A stretch of 57,378 nt of DNA, taken from positions 1-57,378 of the forward strand of contig DAHVNA010000006.1 in the NCBI GenBank assembly GCA_027319565.1, given 5' to 3'. Of the stretch, positions 47,776 to 57,378 are shown piece by piece. The notes under the pieces are model-generated. The model saw only the letters and a list, made by a program, of their open reading frames with translations. It had not been told where the DNA came from and did no database searches. The DNA comes from Elusimicrobiota bacterium. Its GTDB lineage: Bacteria > Elusimicrobiota > Elusimicrobia > UBA1565 > UBA9628. The stretch's first letter is position 1, and each line of letters starts with the position of its first letter. The position numbers and the translations under genes are program-made.

Positions 47776-48408
47776 TTATTGCCAGAAAAATTTAAGATTG
47801 GATATTCTTGTCTGGCAACCCTGACCGTTGAGAGTTCCCACCAGGGTGCTGGGAGAAGGAACGGTTTCATATGAGACGCCGCTGGCGGTTAAACTGATGG
47901 ATCCATAGGGCCCCCCATTTGAATTGCAGGACGCGTTCAGCCCATTTCCGGTAATGGTCAAGCTTGAACTCGCAACGATATAAGATCCAGTCAGACTGAT
48001 GTCACTGGGACTACTTAAATTGCATTCAACCAATGGCGAGCTGGCGGCCTGAAAATTCAATGTCCCGTTAAAAGTATATCCTCCATATTGGCAATTAGTC
48101 ACTTTTGCGCTTAGGCTGTTGGGGGTAAATGTCGCGACCCATTGGTAAGCGGAAGACGGACAGCTCGCCGAAGATCCCGTAGTAAAGTTTCCGTTCATGC
48201 TGATTCCGGAGCAAGCGGGGCCGATGGTCGGGAAATTCGTTTTTCCCCCGACGCTATTGAGAGCGAGCAGCGCCAAATCGTTTAAGGCCCCGACCAAGGA
48301 GCCGCTGGAAGAGGAGGAAGAAGTGTTTTTGTGGCAAGCCCCCGCAAAAACAAGCGCCGACGCCAGCGCCCAAGACCAAGCGCTTTTTCTCATCATATTT
48401 TTCGTCAA
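47776..48408 (-). CDS. Hypothetical lipoprotein (Ser/Gly/Cys-rich)
   Basis: Lipobox FAGAC followed by a poly-Ser linker. Confidence 0.7.
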   Translation of the reverse strand: MTKNMMRKSAWSWALASALVFAGACHKNTSSSSSSGSLVGALNDLALLALNSVGGKTNFPTIGPACSGISMNGNFTTGSSASCPSSAYQWVATFTPNSLSAKVTNCQYGGYTFNGTLNFQAASSPLVECNLSSPSDISLTGSYIVASSSLTITGNGLNASCNSNGGPYGSISLTASGVSYETVPSPSTLVGTLNGQGCQTRISNLKFFWQ

Positions 48409-48469
48409 GCCTTAGTTTAACAGGCTTTTTATATTCTCGCAAGGCCCAAGTTTAAAACTCAAATTTCAA

Positions 48470-48943
48470 TTAGGGGCAGACGACTTGAAAAGAACCCTTG
48501 AGAACGGTTTTTCCGTCTAAAACAGCCTTGGCTTTCCAGAGCCCTGAAAACTCTTCTCCGGCATCATCGCCGGAGGCAAAAAAAACGTCCACGACATCGG
48601 AATCGGGAATATGGAAGGTCAAATAGGCCGGGTAATGCCTTTGCCCGGGCGCTTTTGGGGGAACATAGAGCTTGGTTGAATCCTGAAGCTTTCCGTCCGG
48701 GCGGTTCCAGTAAAACCAAAAGCTGTGATTTCCGTATATTTTTTTCGGCAAACGCAAAAAGGCGTAAACCGTATCCTCCTTACAGGAAAATTTTTTCGTG
48801 GGGAGTCGCCCAGTTGGAATTTTACTGAAGTAAAGATCGGGCAAATGCGGCTTGACCTGCTTATTGACCGGCTTTGGAGAAGCGCCGATTAAAAAAATAA
48901 TTGCCGACAATCCCCAAAAACTTATTCCCCTTTTCTCGTCCAT
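48470..48943 (-). CDS. Hypothetical exported protein (Ig-like pattern)
   Basis: Signal-like N-terminus; W.RPDG and G.W.A motifs; TATACT 6 nt upstream. Confidence 0.65.
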   Translation of the reverse strand: MDEKRGISFWGLSAIIFLIGASPKPVNKQVKPHLPDLYFSKIPTGRLPTKKFSCKEDTVYAFLRLPKKIYGNHSFWFYWNRPDGKLQDSTKLYVPPKAPGQRHYPAYLTFHIPDSDVVDVFFASGDDAGEEFSGLWKAKAVLDGKTVLKGSFQVVCP

Positions 48944-48997
48944 AAATCAAGTATATTAACTTTTAATTTGCTAACCTAAAGGTAGTTCGATTCTCTT

Positions 48998-49897
48998 GTG
49001 TCTATGCTTTATTCTTGGCGTTTTGTTTCTGCCCTTCTAGGAGCGGCCTGTTTTGCCGGTTTTTTCGGCGCTCTCTTAGGCGTCGGCGGCGGGGTCTTTA
49101 TCGTCCCCATCATGGTCTTGATGTTTCATTTGCCCGTCAAAATCGCGATTGCGGCCTCTATCGTCAGCGTGATTGCCACCTCCAACGCCGGCGGCTCTTC
49201 TTATGTCGATCAAAGGATCACCAATCTTCATTTGGCGATGTTTTTGGAAATCGCGACTACAATCGGGGCTCTTTCAGGAAGCCTCTTAGCTCTCTATTTG
49301 AAAGAATGGGTCATGCTCATTATTTTTGCCGTGATGCTGGCCTATATGGCCTATACCGCTTTTATCACCCGGAATGTCGACGACCATCGCATCGCTTCTG
49401 GAAATTACACCGACGTCAAGCAAGACCGCTTATCGGCTTATCTTGATTTACGCGGCGATTATTATGACGAAGCGGCGCAAAAAACGGTCGCCTATACCAT
49501 CACCCAGGCTCCTATTGGGGCCGCTATTTCCTATTTAGCGGGGCTTGCCTCGGGGCTTTTAGGCGTCGGCGGAGGCGTCTTAAAAGTGTCGGCCATGAAC
49601 CGCTATATGAATGTCCCTATGAAAGCCGCGGTTGGAACCAGCAAACTTATGATTGGAGTGACCGCGGCGGTCAGTTCCATCCTTTTTTTCATGGCGGGCC
49701 TGATTCATTTTTATGTCGTCGCCCCCATCGCCATTGGAACCACCTTGGGCGCGACCGTTGGGACCATGGTCATGAACCGCCTTCACAGCGCAATTCTTAA
49801 ATGGCTGTTCGCGGTGCTCATGATTTATTTGAGCTATGGAATGCTAACCAAGGCCTTGGCCCTTAAATTTGGACTTCATTTGCCGGTGCTTGACTAA
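48998..49897 (+). CDS. Sulfite exporter TauE/SafE family protein
   Basis: Duplicated G.LGVGGG motifs and A.GTS; about eight TM helices. Confidence 0.9.
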   Translation: MSMLYSWRFVSALLGAACFAGFFGALLGVGGGVFIVPIMVLMFHLPVKIAIAASIVSVIATSNAGGSSYVDQRITNLHLAMFLEIATTIGALSGSLLALYLKEWVMLIIFAVMLAYMAYTAFITRNVDDHRIASGNYTDVKQDRLSAYLDLRGDYYDEAAQKTVAYTITQAPIGAAISYLAGLASGLLGVGGGVLKVSAMNRYMNVPMKAAVGTSKLMIGVTAAVSSILFFMAGLIHFYVVAPIAIGTTLGATVGTMVMNRLHSAILKWLFAVLMIYLSYGMLTKALALKFGLHLPVLD

Positions 49898-50292
49898 TGA
49901 CAAAAGAAAATCCGACTCCGGAAGAAACCAAGGAAGCCAACGTCTATAGCGGCGTCTACCGGGTTTTGATGGCGGGAATGTTTTTAAGCACCGCTCTTTT
50001 TATCATTGGGGTGGTCTTAGCTCTTCTCCATCCGGCCGTCATCCCCCTCAACTCAACGTGGATTTTAGAGCAGTACCACCTCGGAGTGTTTTTTCAAGGG
50101 TTGCTCTTGGGAAACCCCGCTTCCTATATGATGTTGGCTACTATTCTCTTGATTTTAACGCCGGTGACCCGGGTCTTGGTCTCTATTTACGCTTTTTGGG
50201 TGGATGAAGATTATAAATTTGTCATCGTCACGGCCACGGTTTTTCTTGTCATGGCGCTGACCGTTCTTTCTTCCTTTCTCGGCCTCAAATAA
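49897..50292 (+). CDS. DUF1634-like membrane protein
   Basis: Three TM helices with LLILTPVTRV; the usual partner of TauE; TAATG overlap. Confidence 0.8.
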   Translation: MTKENPTPEETKEANVYSGVYRVLMAGMFLSTALFIIGVVLALLHPAVIPLNSTWILEQYHLGVFFQGLLLGNPASYMMLATILLILTPVTRVLVSIYAFWVDEDYKFVIVTATVFLVMALTVLSSFLGLK

Positions 50293-50308
50293 CTGGAAAC
50301 GCCCCGAC

Positions 50309-52474
50309 TTAACTCAACAGCTTGATAAAAGATTTAATGGTCGCCGAGACGTTTTCCAAAGCCTTAATGTTTCCAAAACGCTTGGCGCTTTGAATGATGG
50401 CAGTTTTAGCCGCAGACGGAATTGCAGCGCTTGAGGCCGCTATTCCCGCTTTTTGAGCGGCCTGAATCATCAAGGCCGCCGCTCCGCTGACATGGGGAGC
50501 CGCCGGAGAGGTTCCGGAAACATACTCATATGGCGCGGGCTCGGCGGCGTAAAACTCTTCCGGAAGCTGTGTTGCCGCCTTCACATTCACCCCGAAAGCG
50601 AAGATATCCGGCTTTTCATCGACGGTCTGTTTCTGAGGATTAAAAACCAATCCATGGGAAGAAAAATCCGCCGGCGCGTGATGGTAATCCATCGCCCCGA
50701 CCGTAATCGCCATCTCCGCCGTGCCAGGATCCCTCACTTGGGACCCTTCTGGAAGGGCTGATCCCTCGTTCCCCGCCGAGACGACGATGACGACTCCTTT
50801 CCGTGACAACTCATCCACTTTTTGGGCGATGACATCGGCGGAATATCCCATCGGAATCCCCATGCTGAGATTGACGATCTGGGCTCCATCCGCGTCCGCT
50901 TGCTCCAAGGCCTTTAGAGTGGCCTGAACAGTTTCTGCTTGATTGAGGGCGACACCCGGAAGGCTGGTGTTGGAGATAACTTGGTAAGACAAAATTTCCG
51001 CTTCCGGCGCGATCGCATGGATGATATCGGCCATTGGAGTGGCATGATCTCCTTTCGCATGATCGCCGCGGTCGCGCGTAAAATTAACGACCTTGGAAAC
51101 GGAGCGGGCCAAATCGGGATGATCCGGATCGACGCCGTTGTCGATAACGGCGACTTTAACCCCTTGTCCGGTTAAACCTTTTTTCCATAAAGCGGGAATT
51201 CCCATTCTCCACAGGCTTTCTCCCAAGGGAAATGAACGGACCAGGGCCTCTGAGACCGCGGCTTCAACGCGACGGCGGTTGAGTTCCTTTAAAAGGATGG
51301 GAAGCTGATCATGGGTGACGCTGATCATCTGCGCTTGGCCTTGAATAGAAACGGGACGCCCGGTCGCCGAGAGAAGAGAAAAAAGCAGGCCTTGAATCTC
51401 CCCGGCTTCTTTGGCTAATTTTTCTTGGTCTTTGGGAGAGGCGGCCTTAAGTTCCGCCTGTTTGTCTTTATAGGCGGTGAGGGTTTCCATCAAAATAGTG
51501 TTGATAATTTTGGTCGGGCGCTTTTCTTCGGGCACCGGAATTAAATGGGCCAAGCGCTCGCCTTTGGCGGCGGGAGCCGATAAAATTTTTTGCGCGCGCA
51601 AAACCAAGGCGTTTCTCCATTCCGGATAATCGTGTCCGGCAGAGACATTCTTTCTAAGAAGGCGATGCTTGGAATAAAGACCGGGCGCGGACGGGTTGAG
51701 GCTGTAATGAGTGGCAAACTCCGCCAGGGAAACCGCTTCGTTGAGTTGAGACTGGGTGATCCGGCTTAAGAAATTGGGATCGGTATCGACCATGGGCTTT
51801 AAAATTTCGTGGAGGGCGATTCCCAAATCTGTCGCCTGCCCGCCCATGCGGTAGAGTTTCGCGTATCTTAAATATCTCCCCTGAACCGCGATTGAGTTAG
51901 GAATCCCCCAAGATTCCAAATCCCCTCCAGCCTTGACCGCAGTTTTTAAAAGAAGGGCCAATGCCGCTCTTTCGCCTTCATCCTGGGAAACCGGGTTTAA
52001 AGCCGAGGCCGCTAAATTTTCGCCGTCAAAAAGAGCGCCGGAAAAATGTCCTTTGCCGGCGGACGAGTCCCCCGCGCGGAATTTTTTGAAAAGAGATTGA
52101 ACAGTCGAGACCAATGAAAATTTTTGTTTTCCCCGGTTTTGAGGTTGAAGAGTCTCTTGAGATTCTCGCGCGACAGGAAAAGCCTCTACCTTCTGAGAAA
52201 CGGGTTCTAAAATCCGCGCTTTTAACCCCGCCTTTACGGGCGACATTTCCGGCTCAACAACATTAGAGAGTTTCTCTAAGCCGAAAGATGAGGGGAGGAT
52301 GTTTTCCGCGTTTAAATTGTCCGGCGAAAAAGAAAAGTTCTGGATGACGGGAGTCTCTAGCGCGGAGGGCACGCTTTCATCGGAAGCGAAATGAGCGGCA
52401 AAAGAAAGTTGCGGTATAAACAGCGCGGCGCACAACAAAGACGAAAGACTTTTTTTCGCTAAAGACAATTTCAT
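50309..52474 (-). CDS. Secreted S8 subtilisin-like serine peptidase with a long N-terminal region
   Basis: VAVIDNG (Asp), DHATP (His), SAGNEG and SGTSPAAPHVSG (Ser). Signal peptide from ATG 52474, with GGAG upstream. Confidence 0.88.
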   Translation of the reverse strand: MKLSLAKKSLSSLLCAALFIPQLSFAAHFASDESVPSALETPVIQNFSFSPDNLNAENILPSSFGLEKLSNVVEPEMSPVKAGLKARILEPVSQKVEAFPVARESQETLQPQNRGKQKFSLVSTVQSLFKKFRAGDSSAGKGHFSGALFDGENLAASALNPVSQDEGERAALALLLKTAVKAGGDLESWGIPNSIAVQGRYLRYAKLYRMGGQATDLGIALHEILKPMVDTDPNFLSRITQSQLNEAVSLAEFATHYSLNPSAPGLYSKHRLLRKNVSAGHDYPEWRNALVLRAQKILSAPAAKGERLAHLIPVPEEKRPTKIINTILMETLTAYKDKQAELKAASPKDQEKLAKEAGEIQGLLFSLLSATGRPVSIQGQAQMISVTHDQLPILLKELNRRRVEAAVSEALVRSFPLGESLWRMGIPALWKKGLTGQGVKVAVIDNGVDPDHPDLARSVSKVVNFTRDRGDHAKGDHATPMADIIHAIAPEAEILSYQVISNTSLPGVALNQAETVQATLKALEQADADGAQIVNLSMGIPMGYSADVIAQKVDELSRKGVVIVVSAGNEGSALPEGSQVRDPGTAEMAITVGAMDYHHAPADFSSHGLVFNPQKQTVDEKPDIFAFGVNVKAATQLPEEFYAAEPAPYEYVSGTSPAAPHVSGAAALMIQAAQKAGIAASSAAIPSAAKTAIIQSAKRFGNIKALENVSATIKSFIKLLS

Positions 52475-52543
52475 GTTCGGCTCCTTTTCCGCTTTCACCA
52501 TATAGAGATACGCTATTATAGGGCTCTACAAAGCTTCCGCCTA

Positions 52544-52582
52544 GGGTCTAAAGTCCCATAACGGCTCTGGGTATTTAGACCC
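52544..52582. promoter_or_regulatory. Inverted pair of 15-bp boxes, candidate regulator sites
   Basis: GGGTCTAAAGTCCCA (52544-58) and TGGGTATTTAGACCC (52568-82) are 13/15 complementary. Confidence 0.5.
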
Positions 52583-52605
52583 AATAAAATTCCTACAATA
52601 GAGGC

Positions 52606-53775
52606 GTGGAGCTTCCAAGGCCGCTGTCTCATTCCTCAATGAGCCTCTACGAGGAATGTCCTCAGAAATATAAATTTCGCTATATCGAGCGCATTCCGGA
52701 AAAACCCCGGCACTTTTTTTCGTTTGGCTCCAGCGTACACTCGGCCCTGGAATTTTTTTACGGCGTAAAAACCTTGCCCGCCCCGAGCTTGGAAGAGGTT
52801 CTCAATTATTACCGGCAGAATTGGATCTCCGCGGGGTACAAGGACAAAGTTCAGGAAGAGGAATATTTCGCGGACGGAGAAGATATTCTAAAACGCTTCT
52901 ATCAAAAACACATATCAGATTTTCAAATTCCCTTTTTCGTCGAGTATAAATTCGATTTCAAAATTAACGGGGTTCCCATCACCGGAAGAATTGACCGCAT
53001 CGACAAGACCCCCGACGGCAAGCTGTGGGTGACGGACTATAAAACCGGAAAGGCCCTTGAAAAAGAGCGCGTCTTGACCGATGGACAGCTGACCTTGTAT
53101 CAAGTCGCCTGCGAGGAATTACTCGGCGCTCCGGTGGCGAGACTCTCTTTTTACCACTTGCCGACCTTGAAAGAACAAATTGTCGAGCGCCATTCCGAGG
53201 ACATCGTTTCCGACTTGCGGAAAAAAGTCACTCGCGTCGCCGATTCCATCACCCAAGGCCTTTTTGAGCCGCTGCCAGCGGAACAAAAATGCCGCTGGTG
53301 CGACTATAAGATTTTGTGTCCGGTCTATCAAGACCGCGGGCGCAAAAACGGAACGCCCACCCTTAAGGCCGCTCCGGAAATCACTCAAAACCAGCAGCCC
53401 GCTGAAGAAGACCTTCCCGCGCTCGTCGACCAATATGGGCAGCTGTGCGAATTAATTCGCTCAAATCAAGAAGAGGCGCAACAACTCAAAAAGAAGATTT
53501 TGGAGCTGTTTTCAAAGAAAGGTTTTGTGAGGGCTTTTGGGAAAAAATTCGAGGTCAATCTCTTGGAAGAAAAGAGTTGGGAATTTTCCGACAAGAAACA
53601 AGTTCTCGCCCTCATTAAAAAAGCCGGCCTTTACGAGCGCGCCCTTGGGCCCCGGGTTGAGCGGATCACCGAGATTCTTGAAGACGAAAAATTGCCAGCA
53701 CAATTAAAAGACGAACTGGCGGCTCTCGCCAAAAAAACCTTAAAAAAAGATTTAAAGCTTAATTCTCTAAATTAG
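52606..53775 (+). CDS. PD-(D/E)XK RecB-family nuclease with an Fe-S staple motif
   Basis: SHSS...Y..CP..Y, GRIDRID, DYKTG, QL.LY and CRWCDY...CP motifs. Confidence 0.88.
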   Translation: MELPRPLSHSSMSLYEECPQKYKFRYIERIPEKPRHFFSFGSSVHSALEFFYGVKTLPAPSLEEVLNYYRQNWISAGYKDKVQEEEYFADGEDILKRFYQKHISDFQIPFFVEYKFDFKINGVPITGRIDRIDKTPDGKLWVTDYKTGKALEKERVLTDGQLTLYQVACEELLGAPVARLSFYHLPTLKEQIVERHSEDIVSDLRKKVTRVADSITQGLFEPLPAEQKCRWCDYKILCPVYQDRGRKNGTPTLKAAPEITQNQQPAEEDLPALVDQYGQLCELIRSNQEEAQQLKKKILELFSKKGFVRAFGKKFEVNLLEEKSWEFSDKKQVLALIKKAGLYERALGPRVERITEILEDEKLPAQLKDELAALAKKTLKKDLKLNSLN

Positions 53776-54454
53776 GGTTAAGACTTCTAATTTCCGCGAA
53801 AGCGTGAAATTCGCCGTCCGCTCTTGAAAAATCCTGGGAAAGGTTTGAGCCGTTGCGAAAGCCCCAACAAAAAAACCCGGCGGTCTTGGCCGAGGCGACC
53901 CCGACCGTTGAATCTTCGATGGCTAGGCCCTCTTTGGGAGAAATATTTAAATTCTTCGCGCTTTGAAGGTAAAGATCCGGAGCGGGCTTGGTTTTATTTT
54001 GAACTTCCTCGGCGCTTAAAACCGAGGAAAAATAATTGAGCAAATCAAAACGCTTGAGCACCCGCAATATCCAGCGCTTGGGAGAAGAGGAGGCTAGCCC
54101 CACCGGAACACGGTTTTCTTTCATCTCTTTTAAAAATTCGACCAGACCTTCCGCCAAGGAAACCCGATGATCATAAATATCCAAGGCGACTTTTTCACAA
54201 GAAAAGAGAAATTCTTTTTTTGTCTGTTTAAGCCCGTAATTTTTAGCGAAATGATGATAGACGTCTTCAACCCCCATTCCGACAATTTCACCAAAAAGGT
54301 CCGGGGTCCAGCCGCTCAGCATTGACTGAAAAACCGGGGCCTCCACTTCCCGCCACAGCTGTTCGCTGTTGACCATCACCCCGTCCATATCCAGGACTAG
54401 CGCTTGGATATCAGGGCTCGACAGAGATTTGTTGGAAGCGATCGAGAGTTGCAT
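53759..54454 (-). CDS. HAD-superfamily phosphatase (beta-PGM/CbbY-like)
   Basis: LDMDGVMVNSE, ASSS, KPAPD and IEDS motifs. Confidence 0.88.
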   Translation of the reverse strand: MQLSIASNKSLSSPDIQALVLDMDGVMVNSEQLWREVEAPVFQSMLSGWTPDLFGEIVGMGVEDVYHHFAKNYGLKQTKKEFLFSCEKVALDIYDHRVSLAEGLVEFLKEMKENRVPVGLASSSPKRWILRVLKRFDLLNYFSSVLSAEEVQNKTKPAPDLYLQSAKNLNISPKEGLAIEDSTVGVASAKTAGFFCWGFRNGSNLSQDFSRADGEFHAFAEIRSLNPNLEN

Positions 54455-56144
54455 AAAGCCCGTTTAACGCGATTAATTCTTCATGAGAACCGGACTCCGC
54501 CAATTCCCCGCGGTTAAAGACTAAAATTTTATTGGCATTTTTAATGCTGGATAAGCGATGGGCAATCGAAAGAGTGGTGTTGGACTTGGAAACTCTCTCT
54601 AGGGCCGCTTGAACGCTTTTTTCGCTGGCCGCGTCCAGATTGGAGGTGGCCTCATCCAAAATTAACAAGGACGGCTTTTTTAAAACCGAGCGAGCGATCG
54701 CCAGGCGCTGCCTTTCTCCGCCGGATAACTTAAGCCCGCGGTCGCCAAGAGGGGTCAAAATCCCATTTTCAAGGCGGCTGACAAAATCGTAGGCATCGGC
54801 GATTTTCAAGGCCTCGATAATTTCTTCTTCGGTCGCGTGCGGGTTTCCCAGGCTGACATTGGCGGAAACGGTATCGTTAAACAAAACGGTTTCTTGCGTG
54901 ACTAGCCCCATTTTGGCGCGCAAGGACGCGGAACAATAATCCCGAATGTCTTTTCCATCAATGAGAATTCTCCCCTCGTTGGGATCAAACAGGCGGAGCA
55001 TGAGATAGACCAAGGTCGTTTTCCCCGAGCCGCTGGGGCCGACCACTCCCACCGTTTGCCCGGCTTTAATTTTAAAGCTGACATTTCTCAGCGCCCAGCG
55101 TTCCTGACCTCCATAGCGAAAAGATACGTTTTCAAATTCAATCAAGGATTTCAAAGACTCAAATTTAGGCGCCGTGGGCTTGTCAACCACCGAGGGTTTT
55201 TCATCCAGAACCTGAAAAATGCGGTCGGCGGAAGCTAAGGCCATTTGAAGCTTGGAGTTTAACTGCGAGATATTTTTAATCGGCGCGTAGGCCGCGAAAA
55301 AACTCCCCAAGAAAACAAAGAAAGAGCCCGGAGTCATTTTAAAAGCCAGAATTTCCTTGCCCCCCTGCCAAATGACGGCGGCCATGATCAGGCTTCCCAA
55401 AAATTCCATCAGCGGTCCGGACAGAGCCGTGGCGCGGAAATACCGCATCATCTGGTTGAACAAGGCGTCGTTTTCAATTTGAAAGCGCGCGATCGCGCCC
55501 GATTCGTAATTAAAAGCCTTGACCACCAGCATTCCCTGAAGGCTTTCCTGAAAGCGCGAATAAAGTTCGCCCATGATTTCCTGGCTTTTGCGGCTGGAGG
55601 TCCTCAATTTTTTCCCGAGAACGGATAAGACCGAGGCCGCGAATGGAATCGTAAACAACGCCGTCAAAGCAAACTGCCAGTGGATGAAAAACATGACGAC
55701 CAAAAGAATTAAAACCGTCAGGGAATCGCGAACCAAATAAAGAGGAACGAACTGAATTCCGTCTTGAAGACGCGTTAAATCATTGGTCAAGCGAGAAAGA
55801 ATGTCGCCGCTGCGGCTTCTCCAAAAAAATTCAAGCGACAATTCATGGAGATGTCGAAACAAGTCCTCGCGAATTTCCTGGGTGACGATTTGGCCGAGGT
55901 AACTCATCAAATAAGCCTGGGTATAGGTAAAAATCATTTTCGTGAGGAAAATAATGGGGATAATCAAAACAACCCCGGCGAGAATACGCGGGTCTTTTTT
56001 AATGAAGACATAATCGACGACGGGCTTTAAAAGCCAAACCATCGCGCCGTTAAAGATGGCGACAAAAACCATGACGACGCAGGCCTGGGCGATGCGCCGG
56101 GAGTGGGGCTTGAGATAAGGTTTTAAGCGTCGCAAGTTGTGCAT
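54411..56144 (-). CDS. MsbA-like ABC exporter (TMD + NBD)
   Basis: Six-TM domain, GPSGSGKT, LSGGERQR, LDEATS and IAHRLS motifs. Confidence 0.92.
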   Translation of the reverse strand: MHNLRRLKPYLKPHSRRIAQACVVMVFVAIFNGAMVWLLKPVVDYVFIKKDPRILAGVVLIIPIIFLTKMIFTYTQAYLMSYLGQIVTQEIREDLFRHLHELSLEFFWRSRSGDILSRLTNDLTRLQDGIQFVPLYLVRDSLTVLILLVVMFFIHWQFALTALFTIPFAASVLSVLGKKLRTSSRKSQEIMGELYSRFQESLQGMLVVKAFNYESGAIARFQIENDALFNQMMRYFRATALSGPLMEFLGSLIMAAVIWQGGKEILAFKMTPGSFFVFLGSFFAAYAPIKNISQLNSKLQMALASADRIFQVLDEKPSVVDKPTAPKFESLKSLIEFENVSFRYGGQERWALRNVSFKIKAGQTVGVVGPSGSGKTTLVYLMLRLFDPNEGRILIDGKDIRDYCSASLRAKMGLVTQETVLFNDTVSANVSLGNPHATEEEIIEALKIADAYDFVSRLENGILTPLGDRGLKLSGGERQRLAIARSVLKKPSLLILDEATSNLDAASEKSVQAALERVSKSNTTLSIAHRLSSIKNANKILVFNRGELAESGSHEELIALNGLYATLDRFQQISVEP

Positions 56145-56211
56145 GGAGGCGTTTTCATTATAGCGAAAAATACCCCTGGCAAAAAACCAAAAGACCCGCT
56201 ATCCTTTGAAC

Positions 56212-56676
56212 GTGAACTTTAAGCGCGTGCCGCTGTGGGGCGTTGTCGCCTTTGTTTTTGGAAGCGCGGTTTTCGCTTTCTGGCTTAACAACGCCGCGCG
56301 CTGGCCGGATTACCGCAAGCTCGCCAAGGAAGGGCGCGCGGCCACCGGATGGGTGACCGCCAAGGGCCTCAATGGAAGCAGAAAAGTGAATTACTCTTTT
56401 GCCGCAAACGGACGAATTTACAGCGGAGAAGGCCGCGCCGGATTTGGAACTCCCCGGTTTAAAGATATATCCAAGGGAGACGAGGCGCTTATTTTTTATC
56501 TCCCCCAAAAGCCGGAGATTTCCGTCTTGGGAGATCCCCAGGCGCATTTAAGGCAACAAGATCGTCTATTGGCTTTCCTTTTTACCTTGATCGCCATTCT
56601 CGCTTTTTTCGCTCTCCGCCGTGAATTGCGCCGCGGCGAAGGTCGTGACGAACGCTTTAAAGAGCGGCAGTTTTAA
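56212..56676 (+). CDS. Hypothetical membrane protein (DUF3592-like)
   Basis: TM-beta domain-TM with V.YSF...G..Y and GD...IFY.P..P; GTG 56212 lies 6 nt after TATCCT. Confidence 0.6.
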   Translation: MNFKRVPLWGVVAFVFGSAVFAFWLNNAARWPDYRKLAKEGRAATGWVTAKGLNGSRKVNYSFAANGRIYSGEGRAGFGTPRFKDISKGDEALIFYLPQKPEISVLGDPQAHLRQQDRLLAFLFTLIAILAFFALRRELRRGEGRDERFKERQF

Positions 56677-56679
56677 AAT

Positions 56680-56753
56680 TGGCTGCGGGACTAGGATTCG
56701 AACCTAGAAAAGCAGATTCAGAGTCTGCCGTGATACCGTTTCACCATCCCGCA
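56680..56753 (-). tRNA. tRNA-Gln(CTG)
   Basis: Minus strand TGCGGGA...GCAGA-CT-CTG-AA-TCTGC...GGTTCGAATCC...TCCCGCAGCCA with encoded CCA. Confidence 0.95.
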
Positions 56754-56848
56754 ATAAATCGGCTTAGGGGAGACTTTTTTATTTTACCAAATCCGGCGCG
56801 CGCTATTGATGGCCAAGTTTTTTGAATTTTTTTTCTTGATGAAGGGCG

Positions 56849-57262
56849 CTAGCCCCGACTACTGATCTTCTGAGCGCTTAGATTCCGCGAATCGGGAAGA
56901 ATCGCGAAAGACCAGCGGCAGCTTTGACACACCTCATTGAGCGGCCAACGCGCCAGCGCGGTCTTGAGCTGAAATGGTTTTCCGCATTCCGGACACGCCA
57001 CCGAACTGTCAACAAGCTCCCGGTCAACCACGCCCGCACGGACGGACATAAAAACTCCGAAAATCAGGAAAAAAGGGACCAATATAAAATGAAGAAGCGG
57101 AAAAAGAACGCAAAACAGCCCAATTCCCCAATAGAGCCCCAGCTGGCGCAAGGCGTTTTTGATTCTATCAGAGGGCCCCAAGGTCTGGATGCGGGCAAAG
57201 CCCGAGGCGGTTTTTTGGCTGCTTTGGGCCACAATTCCAATTTGAGATATCTCGCGGCTCAC
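56849..57262 (-). CDS. Hypothetical membrane protein with a zinc-ribbon-like CxxC...CxxC
   Basis: Hydrophobic hairpin, CPEC and CQSC; TATAAT 6 nt before the GTG. Confidence 0.7.
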   Translation of the reverse strand: MSREISQIGIVAQSSQKTASGFARIQTLGPSDRIKNALRQLGLYWGIGLFCVLFPLLHFILVPFFLIFGVFMSVRAGVVDRELVDSSVACPECGKPFQLKTALARWPLNEVCQSCRWSFAILPDSRNLSAQKISSRG

Positions 57263-57378
57263 AAGCTAATTATACCAAAAACAAAATTTCGCGGGGGGCA
57301 AACGCGAATTCCTTTATCTGAAAAATAATATTGAAAAAAGAGGCAATATCGGGTATAATATGTAATATAAATACTATA

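Noticed and set aside
52606..53775. Possible Cas4/CRISPR locus
   Set aside because: No other cas genes and no repeat-spacer array in the window; it fits a stand-alone RecB-family nuclease.

Overview
Bacterial chromosomal window, possibly Elusimicrobiota-like (inference from gene style only). The left flank (1-21.9 kb) is mostly housekeeping: pyrD/pyrC, a membrane-fused OtsA, clpC, a Ser/Thr kinase, tRNA-Pro, sdhCAB, hemB/hemL and a PduO-type adenosyltransferase. It also carries a small accessory insert (toxin-antitoxin pair plus DDE transposase) bracketed by 51-bp direct repeats. The centre (21984-41493, + strand) is an unusually expanded His-Xaa-Ser (Hxs) RiPP-like locus. It has a 111-aa precursor ending in HSS-HNS-(HGS)9-HGAW, two HxsD-like proteins and 11 radical-SAM-fold genes: HxsB, a tandem two-domain enzyme, several HxsC-like paralogues and three HemN-like paralogues, one of which lacks its Cys motif. 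It also has an HExxH peptide-modifying enzyme, two exported Cys-containing proteins and an A24 prepilin-peptidase-like protease. The precursor leader resembles both an Flp-prepilin N-terminus and a Sec signal. A convergent operon follows (multiheme cytochrome c, ASPIC/UnbV, UnbU/RnfD-like, TPR), then AhpD-like, TauE, subtilase, PD-(D/E)XK nuclease, HAD, MsbA-like ABC genes and tRNA-Gln. All calls come from reading motifs by eye; no searches were run.
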